Below are positions 1-12,846 of a DNA stretch of 64,000 nt, in pieces (within the stretch, counting starts at the first letter, position 1; every line of letters starts with the position of its first letter). Below the pieces are notes generated by a model, which was not told the origin of the DNA, made no database searches, and saw nothing but the letters and a program-made list of their open reading frames with translations. The position numbers were made by a program, and so were the translations under genes. Source of the DNA: Klebsormidium nitens (lineage: Eukaryota; Plantae; Klebsormidiophyceae); the NCBI GenBank assembly GCA_000708835.1, contig DF237459.1:2266-66265 (forward strand). Reading direction: 5' to 3'.

Positions 1-553
1 CATGCTTACTTGATTCACGCTGCTTCGTCCCGTCTGTGAACACCTCAATCCTACCACACTTGCTTCTTCCCTCTGCTCAGAGAATCCGTATCCTTGAGTG
101 ATACATACTAATGGACTTCAAGCTCACTGAATCTGCAAGTAAGAAAGAAAGATGAAAGAAACGAGATTGTGGTCCTGTGCCCCAGCAAGTGTGCCGTCGC
201 ACCCTGGCTAGTGCCGAACTCGCCTCTGTGTCTCTTGTGGCCATTCATCACTGAATTTTCCCGCTTAGCATATTGATCAGAACCTAAAGACCGCGAAAGA
301 TGTTCCGCTGACCTATCAGTCCCCTTAGGACAATCAAGGGGTCCCGTTCCTGTACAAGTAATCTGTCAATTGAGCCTCCGACGACCTCACTGTCTCCGAC
401 CTCCGACAACCTGTGGCCGCTCGATGCGTCCGCTCCGCATGTGGCGCTTTTGCTTCCTTCTCCAGACCCAATTCTAAAACATACTTTTGGATCCAGTATT
501 TGATCTAATTCAGATGTTAGAACGATTGCCCAAGTCCAACTTGTAATTTACAG

Positions 554-3500
554 GTTATCAGCGTCCAAGTCCCGTTCCTCTACAAGTACGCGGTCGACGC
601 CCTTTCCGGCCAACCCGCCGTCTCCGACAACCCGTGGCTCCTTGCTGCGTTCGCATCTCCGGTTGCCCTTCTTGCGAGCTACGGCGTCCTGCGTGCCATG
701 TCGTCACTATCAAACGAGCTTCGGAACGCCGTATTTGCAAAAGTGGCACAGGGCACGATCCGGGTCGTAGCCAAAAAGGTAAGAAGTTCTGAGTGTTGCA
801 AGGTTCAGGTTGTTGAGGTCCCGACTTTCCGGCTTCTTTCGCAAGCTACGGCGTTCTGCGCGCCATGTCGTCGATATCAAACGAGCCTCGGAACGCCGTG
901 TTTGCGAAAGTGGCACAGGGCACGATTTGGGTTGTTGCAAAGAAGGTGAGAAGTACGTAGTTTTGCAAGATTTGGCATGTTGGGGTTCGAACTTTGGGCT
1001 TCTTTCGCGAGCTACGGCGTTCTGCGCGCCATGTCGTTACTATCGGCCGAGCTTCGGAACGCCGAGTTTGCGAAAGTGGCGCAGGGAACGATCCGGGTCG
1101 TGGCCAAGAAGGTGAGGGGCTCGGAGTGGTTGAAGATTGTAGGAAGTTGAAGCTTCAACGCTTGGCTTTTCCCACGGCTAGGGCGGTTTGCGTGCCAAGT
1201 CGTCATTAATAAACGAGCTTTGGAACGCCGTGTTTGCGAGGGTGACAAAGGGGACAGATTCGGGTCGTCCCCAAAAATGGTTTCCATCAGTATTCTGGCA
1301 AGCTACGATCTTTTCTTGGCGCCATATCTCTTTACATCTGGCAAGCTTTTGTCTTTTGTGGCGCCATAAGGGCGTGGTACTTCTGAATGAGCTTTGGGAT
1401 GCCGTCTTTGAGGTGTCGCAGGAATTCTCCCTGGAATGGGAAGCAGATGAGACCTTTTACCCCTTTCAAGGTTTTCAAAACTGCAAAGTTCTTTGTGTTT
1501 GGCTCGTCTGAGGAGCGTCGCAAGTTGTCAATGTCCAAGGAGCTTCACAACCCTGTCTGTGGAAAGGGGGCGACGGGGATGATGCGGTTGGTGAGAATGG
1601 GTATAACTGAAGCTCAGTGTTTCAGAAGTTTAGGGTCTGTAACTTTCTTGACATATATCCAGTATCCCGGGCCCAATCCAAGGCTGCACCGGTACGAAAG
1701 GCTGTTCGTTGTTCGTGAGTCTCTCCCCTCTTGATATTTGCCCAGTTTGTCTCCGCAATTGTCCTCTTGCCAATGAATCCTCTTTGAAAAGCCGTGTGAA
1801 ACCAGGGCAATTTCTTGTGCTACATTAGACCCTAGCCGACGATTGGCCCAGCCGCTCGTTAAAGTTGGAGCATCGTCAAGATTGGAGCGATGCAAACAAG
1901 AGACGAACGAGGAGGCGGCGAACCGATGGAGCAAAGTGGACTGATCAAGAAGCCAACTCAGAGATGATTGTTTGGAAGATAGATCGTTGGAAGAGCTCAT
2001 GTTCCCGCAGGTTTAAGCAAAGGCGAATGAGGAAGCAGCGAACTGATGAAGCAAACGGCACTGATCAGGGCGCCGATGCATTAGAGAATTGATCAAAGAA
2101 GAGTTTACAACCGCAGGTTTTCCTGCACCTTCACAACCTAGACCTGACGTACCACCTCAGCCGCCAGACCGGCGCTCTCAGCCGCACGATTGACCGGGGC
2201 ACGCGCGCCATCAACTTTATCCTTAGCTCCATGGTGTTCAATATTGTGCCGACATTTTTCGAGGTACGTACTCTCTTTGGAAACGTTGAAGTGGACGGTT
2301 CCAGTCCGCCGGATTTCACGGGAGAGTCCGATTCATATTGCTCGACACGCTTTTCGTTCCGCCGTACGGTCTCGATGACAATAAGATACTTTTCCTACTT
2401 CGTTGGCAGCGGAAAGGCATTCTCGCTTTGCTAGGTTCGAGGCTCACTAAAATGACGGCTCGTTGTCACAAACGGAAAGAGTCATCGCACCATGTAAGGC
2501 TTATACTTCATGGCCAGTTGCATTTTTAAAGAAAATTCACTACTTGCGCTGCGCTGGCCTTAACGTGCAAGTTATGACTGCAGACGACGAGGCTTACTTC
2601 TGCCGGTTTTACCAACCTGGTAGGCAAGATTTGATCAGTAGTAGGCAGAGCTTTGATCGGAAAGGCTGATCTTTTTGCTCTGGCCGTTCTTTATTGCCGT
2701 AGAAACGCGAACCCGAGGCTTTGAATCCAAGATCGGTTCACTCCAAAACGCTCAAATCCCCGATCGTGTAATTCTGCAGATTAGCCTGGTGGCGGGCATT
2801 CTGGCTTACAAGTTCGGGGCGCCGTTCGCTTACGTCACCTGCGGGACTGTTGTCGCATACACCATCTTCACGCTCGTCGTAACACAGGTGAGCGTCCGCG
2901 CTTTCAGACTTCTTGACATGTCTTAAGTAAAGCGTCCGAACAGCACGCGACGTCCGAACCCTATGTGGCTCGGAGGACTGTCGCCGTAAGCACCAGCTAG
3001 CACGCCGTTACAGAAGACTTTCGCCAGGCTCGATGATATCTGAAAGGCTGTAGGAAAGCTTTCCGAAAAGCGCACGTTTAAAATTAGATTGTGTCCAAGG
3101 TATGCTAAGTCAGGCGAGGCGACCAAGAGTCATCCGATGTGCAAAGTGTTCGACAAGTTCCTGAGATGATACTAGACATCGAAAGACGCATGGAAATCCC
3201 AGACTTTGGAAGAATGTCCGAGAGAGGTCATCGGACAATGTTTGGATGGCGCTGGCCTTTCTTGTTATGTACGGCAGTCACGGAAACACAGTTCATAAGC
3301 AGCCCAGATTGAGCGTCACTACTCGTTGGTTGCCTCATAACTCGCTCAGCTGGACACGGCGTGCTGGTTCTGAAGAATGAACTCTTCTGGAAGACCGGGG
3401 CTGGGTCGAAACCTTCTCATCCACCCCGCCAGGAGACGATTACCCCCGAAAGTACTTGGGAAGAGATCGAGAGAATGTGCCTACCTGAGAGAAAGAGGTC

Positions 3501-6500
3501 CTAGCGGATCGCGTGACAAGGAACTGTCTACTTTTGCAGTGGCGCACGAAGTTCCGGCAGCAAATGAACGCGGCCGATAACCTGTCGAGCTCCCGCGCCA
3601 TTGACTCTCTCATCAACTACGAGGTACGTCTTGAATGTAATTCACGCCTCCAGTCTTCGCACGTCTTTTTCCGCCTTGCCTTTCTCGTCTCTCTCGTTGC
3701 TCCTCTCTCCACAAGGCACCTTGCAAGAGCCTCCATTTTGCTTGCGTCAAGGTTCTCGCTTCCTTTGACTGCGGGATGTTGACCAGAAACCCGTGAAGGT
3801 GGCGACGTTAGCAAGCGTCTGGGACTACCCGACTTTTCGATATCCATTGGGTTAGATCCTTGGTAGATCAAGAAAATATGGAAGAATTCGTGCAACGCGT
3901 TGGTACAGAGACCCACCAGACTAGCTCGACGATGTTGCAGGTTTGATTCTTGCTATGCAGCGTCGGATGACTGCTCTTCGCAATTCAGAAGCGTACTTCC
4001 GGACCGCACTAAAGTAAATCCGCATTTATCGAAGACGCCTTTCGACTTCTGGAGACCGTCAAGTACTTCAACAACGAGCAGGACAAAGGCAGTTGAATTC
4101 GATCAAACACAAATCACTATGCATCCAGAACAAAGCGCGCGTCTCTGTTTCTACGGACGTCAGGACTTCGACAACGAGCAGAGCGATGACTTCTGAATGT
4201 TTGCAATTTGGTTCTAATTCAAAAACGGGCGAGCTTCCGCTTCTGCAGACTGTCAAGTACTTCAATAACGAACAGCACGAAGCCAGGCGCTATGGCAGTT
4301 GCCTAGAAGAGCACAAGTCGAAATTTCTTGCGCGTTCGTATGACTGCTCTCAACAATCCTCACTTTTCGACAGCTATATATCGGTTCGTAATCATTAATG
4401 ACGCCTTTCCACGTCTGCAGACTGTCAAGTACTTCAACAACGAGCAGCACGAAGCCAGGCGCTACGACAAGTGCTTGGAAGAGTACGAGGCGGCCGCTCT
4501 CAAGACGCAGAGCAGCCTTTCCGGGCTCAACTTCGGGCAGAACCTGATATTCAGTGGAGCGCTTTCCGGAGCCATGATCATGTGCGCGCAGGGCGTGCAA
4601 AACGGGACCATGACCATAGGAGATTTGGTAAGATCTGCATTTGCAGAAAAAGTCGATTTTTTCTAGGCTTTAACTTTCGAGGTTTTGTATGTCGACTGGG
4701 TGGGTTTCTGAAGAGCCTCGCTCAGCGGAGCGCTGTCGGGAGCCATGGTTATTGTTGCGTGGCGCGTGCGAAAAGGGACTATGGCCATTGAGGATTTGGC
4801 AAGATTCTGAATAATTTGTGCTTGAGTCAGGTGTTGGCGCTTGAGAAATCATCACTCCGCTTGGTTTTTCCAAGAGAGAGCCTCACATCCAAGGGGAGGA
4901 ATCAGACCGCTGACGGGCTGAACTCAAATGTGGTGTCCGGTCAAACGGGCGGCTCTTCCAGCTGTCCATGCCGCTGTTTCTGGATCCTTGAACCCTGAAA
5001 CTCCCAAATCCTGAAAAGTGGTAAAGCTCCTCGACAACAAACGGAAGGAGCAGGCTGCAAACGGGCTGGACATTTCTCTCAGTGGACCGGCTGCTGTTCC
5101 AGCTGACCATGCCCTTGCGCTTAAAACCCAAAACCTCAAGACGAGAAACTGGCAAAGATTGACACTTAACGGAAGGTTCAGACTCTTAACTGGCTGGTTT
5201 CCGTTTTGGTGTCAGGTTATGGTGAACGGACTGCTGTTCCAGCTGTCCATGCCGCTCAACTTCCTCGGGAGCGTCTACCGGGAGACACGGCAGAGCCTGA
5301 TCGACATGCAGTCCATGTTCTCGTTATTGCAAGTAAGTAGATACTTCATATCATTTATTCGAGGGTATACTCTTGCAAATTACTCCAGGCTCTCGGCGTG
5401 AAGCGAAAGGTTCTCCTTGGAACGAAAGGCTGTCTCTTAAATCCTTACTGACCCTGCCTCCAGCCGTTTGATCAGTAGTTGAAGACCGAATTTCGCCCCC
5501 AACAGAGCATGGTCTGTCCTCACGCTGATTCGGATCACAGAAGCTGGAAATTGAAGATTTAGACTGAAAGACACCAGCAGTCCACCGTTGAATCTTGCAT
5601 CGATGGGAATTTTTGTTCCTTACCGCCCTGAAATGTTCGAGATCTTTGTGCAACTGTCCGACCGTGTCCTTCGATGAGTCTGTTGAAATCAGTCAGGTCC
5701 GTTAGTTTGCAAAACGGAAGCTCAACCTTTTTGGAGGTTGGCTCCTTTTCTATATCCAAAGGGACCTTTCGGTCCGGAGCGATCGAGTGCCTTGGCCTCA
5801 ATCCCTGGCGGCACCATCGGCTTTTTCAACGCCAACTTTGGGTACCCTCAGAAGACGATCCTGGGCCATGTCTCTTTGAGGGCTTTGTAAGGCAAATTCC
5901 GTTTACAAATGGACGCCTGGTTCCGCCAGGATGTGCCAAATTGGATCTTCGTTTCCAGATCAATCAAGCCGTTGCTTGGGAAAGGACTGACCCTCGGAAG
6001 TGACTCCGTCTGGCGCCGCCATCGCCTTTCATTATCCAATACGGCGAGCTTTTCTGCAAAAAAATGCGATCTATCATCGGACGTCTGGAAAGGTAATTAG
6101 AGCTGATGGCGCTACTAGACAGGTTGCAAGGTAGTGCCTTTGGTTTCTTCTGCACCAAAGGCTCGATTCAGTCACGGCAAAACTGCCATCTCAGGTGGAA
6201 CATCAAAAAAGGTGGAGCATGATTGTGCTTGTTGACGGACCAACGCTCCAACAAAGCTGTCAAACTCTAGAAACGGTCTCTTGGCGAGGGTACTCATTTC
6301 TGACGTCGTTGGAACCCCACCTTCAAAATTCCTCCTCCAACCAGATCGAGCCTTCGGTCGGGAGTGCCAGACCGTCACGCCCCTCAACCTCTCCGGTGAC
6401 GCCATTAGCTTCAGTGACGTCAATTTCTGGTCCTCTCCTAAAGCACGACTCTAGAGCACGTCTCTTTCAAGGTGAAACTCGGCAATCAGTTTGCAAAGTC

Positions 6501-9500
6501 TTATGCCCCTGTCTTTTCCAACCAGATCGAGCCCTCGGTTCAAGAGCGGCCAAACGCAACCCCCCTCAACCTCTCCGGCAGCGCAATCAGCTTCAACGAC
6601 GTCAAATTCGGGTACCTTCCCGAGCGGCCCATCTTGGACCACGTGTCCTTCGAGGTGCCAGCTGGCAAGAGCCTCGCGATCGTGGGCACTAGCGGGAGCG
6701 GCAAGTCGACCATCTTGCGGCTGCTGTACCGGTTCTTCGACGCGGAGCAGGGGGCCGTGAGTCGTATTTCCATTCTCTTTTTTTGCTTCTGTCCTTGCTT
6801 TTGTGGGTAAGGGTTTTGGTCCAAAAACTTTCCGCTTTACTGTGGGTTTGGGTTTTGATTTAGTTTGTTTACCGTGCCATCTCAGTAGTCTCTTGGGAAC
6901 TGGCCAGACCGGCACGTCGACCGATTTGCGCCAGCTGGACCGCCTGTTTGAGGCGGGACAGGGAATTGGAAATTGACTATCGAGAACTCGCGTTGTTTGC
7001 AAGTGTCTTGATTTCGTATTCTCCTTGCAAACGTTCTTGTACTTCTCCCATTCTTTCACCTTAAAACTGTCCGACTTGTACGTCCATTCCAAGGCTGATA
7101 GTCGGCCAGACGCTTCCCTTGCGACTTGACTGTTGCCGAAATATTTTCCAACCTTTCTCCCCGTGATTCAAGGCGACGGCCACAACGTTAGGTAGAGTAC
7201 ATTTCGAAGCCTGCGCAAGTCTGTCAGGGCCTTCGATTTCTGTATGTCCTCATTTGAGGTGAAGAAACGGCGGCAAAATGTTCTCTCATATCCGGATCGA
7301 TGGCCGGTAGCATGAAACCCGGTACACAAATGACCCCCGTAGGTCTATACTAGTCGTCTCGAGACCTGAAGCGATGGCCAGGATCTTTCCTTGCAGGTCC
7401 GCATCGACGACTGTAAAGCACTCAAATCACAATCCAGCGCAACTCTATGCTGCTTGTCTCGAGGATTGAACCAACGGCCTGATCTTTCCTCGCAGGTTCG
7501 AATCGACGGCCAGGACGTGAAGGACGTCACGCTGGACAGCTTGCGGAGATCCATTGGGGTGGTTCCGCAGGACACCGTTCTGTTCAATGACACGATCTTT
7601 TACAACATCCAGTACGGACGCCCGAATGCTTCCGTTGGTGAGGCCATGCACTCCTTGCACACCGAAACATTTCGCTATGCCTGTTACGCCGCGCCTGTGT
7701 TTTTGGGGTATTGTCAACGGTTGGTGTCAAAAGATTCTTTGGCGCTTAAGCTTGGTAGATCAGTAGACCCCGCAATTCGTTGCGGATCCACTGTGGTTTG
7801 TCATCATCACAGAGGCTTCTTTTGTGGTTGAGAATGTATCTGACTCATTGTGCGTCAAGCCGGAGTGGCCCCTTGCTACGCTTGAGACGGCTTCGGATCC
7901 TTGCATCTTCCAACGGGAACTGTAAATGCACCTTGGACCCGTCTCTACGTCCCTACCGTTTGGTCGACGCGGTCCAAGCGCTTGAACTCACAGCTTTTGC
8001 ACTAAAGGATTGTTAAAGATTGCTTGTCTTATGATATTCTGAAGTAGCGATAGGGCTCTCTTAAACTTTAGCAAAAGCTTGAACTTCCGAGGACCCTGTA
8101 CCCGTCTCGGCCGGGGGTGCAGGGAAATCAGTTTTCATTCTTGAAGAAATGAAGCCTCATGCTTCGCTTTGTGTACTCTTGTTTTAGTTTCGTTGTCTTT
8201 TTCTTAAAAATCTTTACTTTCTGTATGATTTTTCCCTTTATGTTTGCTATGATCATCTGATCCATAACGGATTCCCGTGCAGAGGATGTGTACAACGCTG
8301 CTCGCCAAGCTGCCATCCACAACGCAATCATGGCGATGCCGGCAGGGTATCAAACAAAAGTGGGGGAGCGGGGCTTGAAGGTGGTTCGTTTGCAAACGTC
8401 GTTCCATCTTCGCAGCAGGACTTTGAATCCAAGCTGAGAAGCTTCTTTGTGGTTCGAGTTGTTCCCCTTACAGCACTCCTCAGACTGCTTGGCAAGTGAA
8501 AGAAGGTTCGAATATCAAGAGATGAGTGGATGTTACGCAACACTTTGCATACCGCAACAAGTTTGTTTGTAAGGGATACGAAGGGATATGAAGCAACCGG
8601 GGTCGGAGGTCTGTCCACTGAGGAGTGTCTGGGCGCTGAAACTGCCCTTCAAGAAAGAAATTCCACACCATGTTTTCAAGCGTGCTTCACATCTCTTATT
8701 GCAGCACCTTCTTGTCTCGGTGTTGTTTCTCATTCGAGAATCTGCGAAACTACGTACAACCGGTTTTGTTCAGGGCCTGCATGCGGTATCTGAAACTCTC
8801 AGTTTAAACACCTGTCAATTGCCGGTTCTCCTTGTCTCCTTTCTATGCTTCTGTACTGTGAGTATCTGCTCACTGCTGAATGAAAGTGACTCGCAGACCA
8901 GGCTTTTCTTAAGGGGCTCGAGCGCAATGATTATGGCCCTGCCAGAGCTGCCTAGCGCTCGTCTTCTCTACGCAGCTTATCAATGTGACAGCGTTATTTT
9001 GCAAGAACGATTTGTATGGTTGATCGTCGAACACCCTGTCGCACTCACAGAAAGCTTGTCCCCAAACCTGACGCTCCTTGCTCAAAAAGAGTCTGCGTTA
9101 ATGTGTTGTGTGTTTTTCTTGTGGTATGAGCGGCGGGGAGAGAGCAGTTCGTGATTGATTATAGACAAAAGAAAACCTCAAACCTTCACTTAACCAGCAT
9201 GGGTTAACGAACATTTGACGAGCTCAAGTTGATGAGCTTCATGCGAGGTCCCGCAGAGCGGACAGATTACTATGACTTACTGACCTCAGGAATCCATCTA
9301 AAACGTACTGACCTCAGGAGTTCATCTAACGAGCTTGGCTAACGAGCACTTGACGAGCTTGGGTTGAAAAGCCATGTGCCTGCTCTTGCACTTGAGCGAC
9401 GGGGAGAAACAGCGGGTCGATGATGACGCCTACACGTTCTAGTTTTTTGCTCAACAGGCTTGGTTCAATGAGCCTTAATAAGCTCGAATCAAACGAGTGT

Positions 9501-11260
9501 TATCATCTCCCTGCAGTTGAGCGGTGGGGAGAAGCAGCGGGTAGCCCTAGCGAGGGCCTTCCTCAAGTCTCCCAAAATACTGTGAGCACCGCCTGCGTCA
9601 TCCGGAAGACGAAAAGTGACATCCTAAATATAGGATCCCATAGAGTCCTACGTATTGTGCTTCAGCACCTCAACGTAACCTGTTGCTGTGTGGTTGACAT
9701 CGGCAATATGCACAACTTTGCACTCCCTCATGGTCTGTTGCGTTAGCTTCCTGCCTTCCTGTATTGAGCTGTTTTGTCTCCTTGAACAGGGCTTTGCGAT
9801 TATTGCCCTGACTAACGTTGGCAGAACTTGAAATCTAGATTGAGCGGCCACCAATCGAAAGAGTCCGCTTCCATCATTTCAACTCTATTGTAAGCCAGTC
9901 GCTGAATTCACAAGAACATCATCATTGACCAAGAACCATAGATACCTTTTGATTCTAAGCAAACAGCCCATGGAAGCAGACAGCTCCCTTTCTTGATACG
10001 ATTTTGCGAACGTGCTAATCGACCTTTGCGCCGTCCTCGTTTGTCAGGTGATTCGATGAAGGTGTCCATCCTCTCCACCTTTCTTTCGTGTTTTAAGCCA
10101 TCCACAAATCGAAGCATTTACCAAACACTAGAAGTGCCAATTGATCTCAAGAAACAGCCCACAAAAGATGTCATCATACCTGCTGAACGACCTATGCCCC
10201 ATCCTCGGCTGGCAGGTTATGCGACGAAGCAACGAGCGCGCTCGACAGCACGACGGAGGCCGAAATCCTGTCGGCGCTCCGTCAGCTTGCGCAAAACCGG
10301 ACGTCCGTTTTCATCGCGCACCGACTAACCACTGCAATGACCTGCGACGAGGTGCGCTTTTGATGTTGCTAACATGCAGTACTTCGTACTTATAATACTT
10401 GGTCCGACTTTCCCTCTTTGGCTCTTGGTCTTCGCCCACTCGTCCTTTTGGGCAGGTGCTCGACACAAACTCCTCGGTCTCGTTCTTCCCTAGCTCAGCG
10501 TGCACGATATGTAAGATTCCGTTAGCGACAATAAAGGTAGATGGATCGTTGTTAGAAGCTCGTTCAGAGACACCGGTCCAACGAGGCTCCCTTTCTTTCG
10601 CGACGGACACCCGTCAACAGAAGCCAGAACTGAAGGAGCTGAGCAAGGCTGGATTCAATTAGAAACTCTCAAGTCCCGGCACAAAAAAGACCGCCTGGGA
10701 CTTGGCGGGAGTGGCGCAATTGTGTGCTTGCAAGTCAGACTCGACAGGGGCACCCAGACTGCTATGTTCATATGCTCAGCGCAGCAGTTACTCGTTTAGG
10801 AAACCGCTGGGCTCTTCGTGGCCCCGCTTGCCGCGTCACAACTGCCTCTTTCCTTGACATTTACTACTAAGAATCATTGGGCTAGACGCTGCACATTGCG
10901 TGGCCCGTCTAAATCTGTGCTGGTAAATGAGGTACTAAACGCAGAACCCTCAAGATCCGGGAGTCCTCGTGACCGTCTTTTGCGCTGATCCGAACAGCTT
11001 TTTCATGCTTGCGCGACGTGAAAAGGGTCTTAATTCACCCGCGAACAAATGTATTCTGCACAAACCCGGGCCTGATCACAAACCTGATGGTGCCTTTTGC
11101 TGCGCAGATTGTCGTCCTCGAGCAAGGGCGAGTAATAGAGCGGGGCACTCACGAACAGCTGTTGCAGCTAGACGGTCGGTACGCCCAGATGTGGGCACAG
11201 CAGCAGAGTTTAGCCGAAACCGGAGAAGCCGAGCCGTTGCCAGCGATCGAAGTGCAGTAG
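554..11260 (+). CDS. ATM3: Mitochondrial ATM1/ATM3 (ABCB7/ABCB25)-type ABC half-transporter; 5' exons lie upstream of the window
   Basis: Exons 554-778, 2117-2263, 2780-2887, 3540-3623, 4421-4627, 5216-5332, 6526-6756, 7496-7637, 8283-8380, 9517-9581, 10216-10351, 11108-11260; all GT-AG with matching phases. The translation has ATM1-family motifs ([57 protein letters not shown]), Walker [10 protein letters not shown]-loop VVPQD, signature LSGGEKQR, Walker [12 protein letters not shown] and H-loop IAHRL. Confidence 0.95.
840..1420 (+). repeat. Four decaying tandem copies (~167 bp period for the first three) of the 3' ~105 bp of ABC exon 554-778 plus its donor site
   Basis: Exon end 'gctacggcgtcctgcgtgccatgtcgtc...gtcgtagccaaaaag|gtaag' recurs with donor-like GT at 946, 1112 and ~1280 (true donor 779). 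A further remnant lies at ~1297-1420. Confidence 0.9.
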
Positions 11261-12846
11261 CGAGTCAAGTGATGCAATGTTTTGTTCGACCGTTGCTGCG
11301 CAGCAATTTCTCTCGTCGGCTTCTGAATGCCGACAAGACCACCGTCCATGATTGAGCCGATTCGCGATTTGCGCGTCAACACAAATGCGCGCCATCATGG
11401 CATGATGCTGTACTGCCTGCATGATTATGCATGCATCTCTACTTTTCTGGACTAATGTGCTCTCTCCCTGCGCTCAGTGCGCATGTGGGAGACAGCGCTT
11501 TTTTTCGTCATTGGTTTCGATCTTGAAAATTTAATTCGTTCAGTAAATTATTCCACGCCGGTCTAGATTGCTTTCACCGGACAAACCGAATCAACAAATG
11601 CCGCGACTGAGAGCCACGCAGGGTGGAGTCACTGCTACACGCGGCAGGCCTTGGCATTTGTTCTTGGGTTTGCTAAGTAGATAAGCACGCGCATGCAATC
11701 ATTGTTGATTTGCAGGCCAGCGAGCTTCGCCCGGGTGAGTACAGTAGCTATGCATTACGCATATGCAAGCATGTCGGACCATTCAATGATTTACTGAAGG
11801 ACTTTTAAAAGATCGATCTATAGCTAGCTAGATATCCCAAGTCAAAAGCTTGAAAAGCTCAGAAAGCGGGCGGCAGGGCCCGGCCCCATTGGACTGCACA
11901 TACATTGCGTCACATGGCACATCGCTGGCCCGCCGCGCTGAGTTCCACCCCGGTCCGATCGGCGGCTCTGAAAAGTGCTCAGCTAGCCTGTAGCAGCCAC
12001 CGTGCCAGGCAGCTTCTTATGACTTTGAAAGCTATAGGCCACCGTCCGCGTCTGTTGCCGGCCTCCGCACGGTGCGTAATGCATGGCGGGCCGGGGTTAC
12101 CGTACGGGCAGCAAGCCTCAGTGGCGCGGGTCCACATGAGCTGCCAAAGAAGGTCTTATTCACCGTCACCGAGAGACCACACCATCGTCGCGCTGATGTA
12201 GCTTTAAACGCCTCGGCACAAGCCGATACTAACATTAGACTTATCGTCATCAACCTAGCGCATTATGTGATCTGCAGTGAGGTCCTGAGTCTGCCAGGCA
12301 CTGCAAATTGTAAACAGCGCCATCGATTGATCAGGGCAGAACCGGCAATCTGGCCGCGCCCTTCGTCCTTCCATTAATTGTTTGATCTGAAGCCTGCTTT
12401 AACACACAGGTCAGCTATTTTGGTACTGTTTTGCAAGATCAGCGCCTGCCTCGACTGCGTTCTTGTATTTTCATATTTGACTGACGATATCAGCTTAGCT
12501 GTCATCTTAGCTGTCTAATCAGCTAAGTAGCAGCGGATCTGACTGGAAATCAACCGCCGAATGTCGGCCACACCCAGCTAATCAGGACGTGCTCGCTCGT
12601 GAATTGGCTATTGTAATGCAATTAGTGAGCACGGGTTATGCAGCCCAACCACATGTGTTTCACCGGCTGCACACCGCCCTCCCGACAAACCCGGCGACTT
12701 TGAGAGAGAAGAGCTCGCCCTCTTGTCGCCAAGAATTACCGCCGTCCCGCCTACTCTGCGCGAGCGTAAGCGGCGCCGAAACGGACAATCAGAGCGACTT
12801 TTGAAACCGTTCAGAGCTGGCCGGTACGTCGATCGCCGCCGTCCGA

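Noticed and set aside
660-1420. Regularly spaced repeats resembling a CRISPR array (also 31790-32145 and 34250-34745)
   Set aside because: The units are long decayed copies of adjacent exon ends with homologous spacers; the context is eukaryotic and there are no cas genes.
11905-12400. Short plus-strand ORFs between the ABC and bestrophin 3' ends
   Set aside because: No recognisable motif or coherent splice model.
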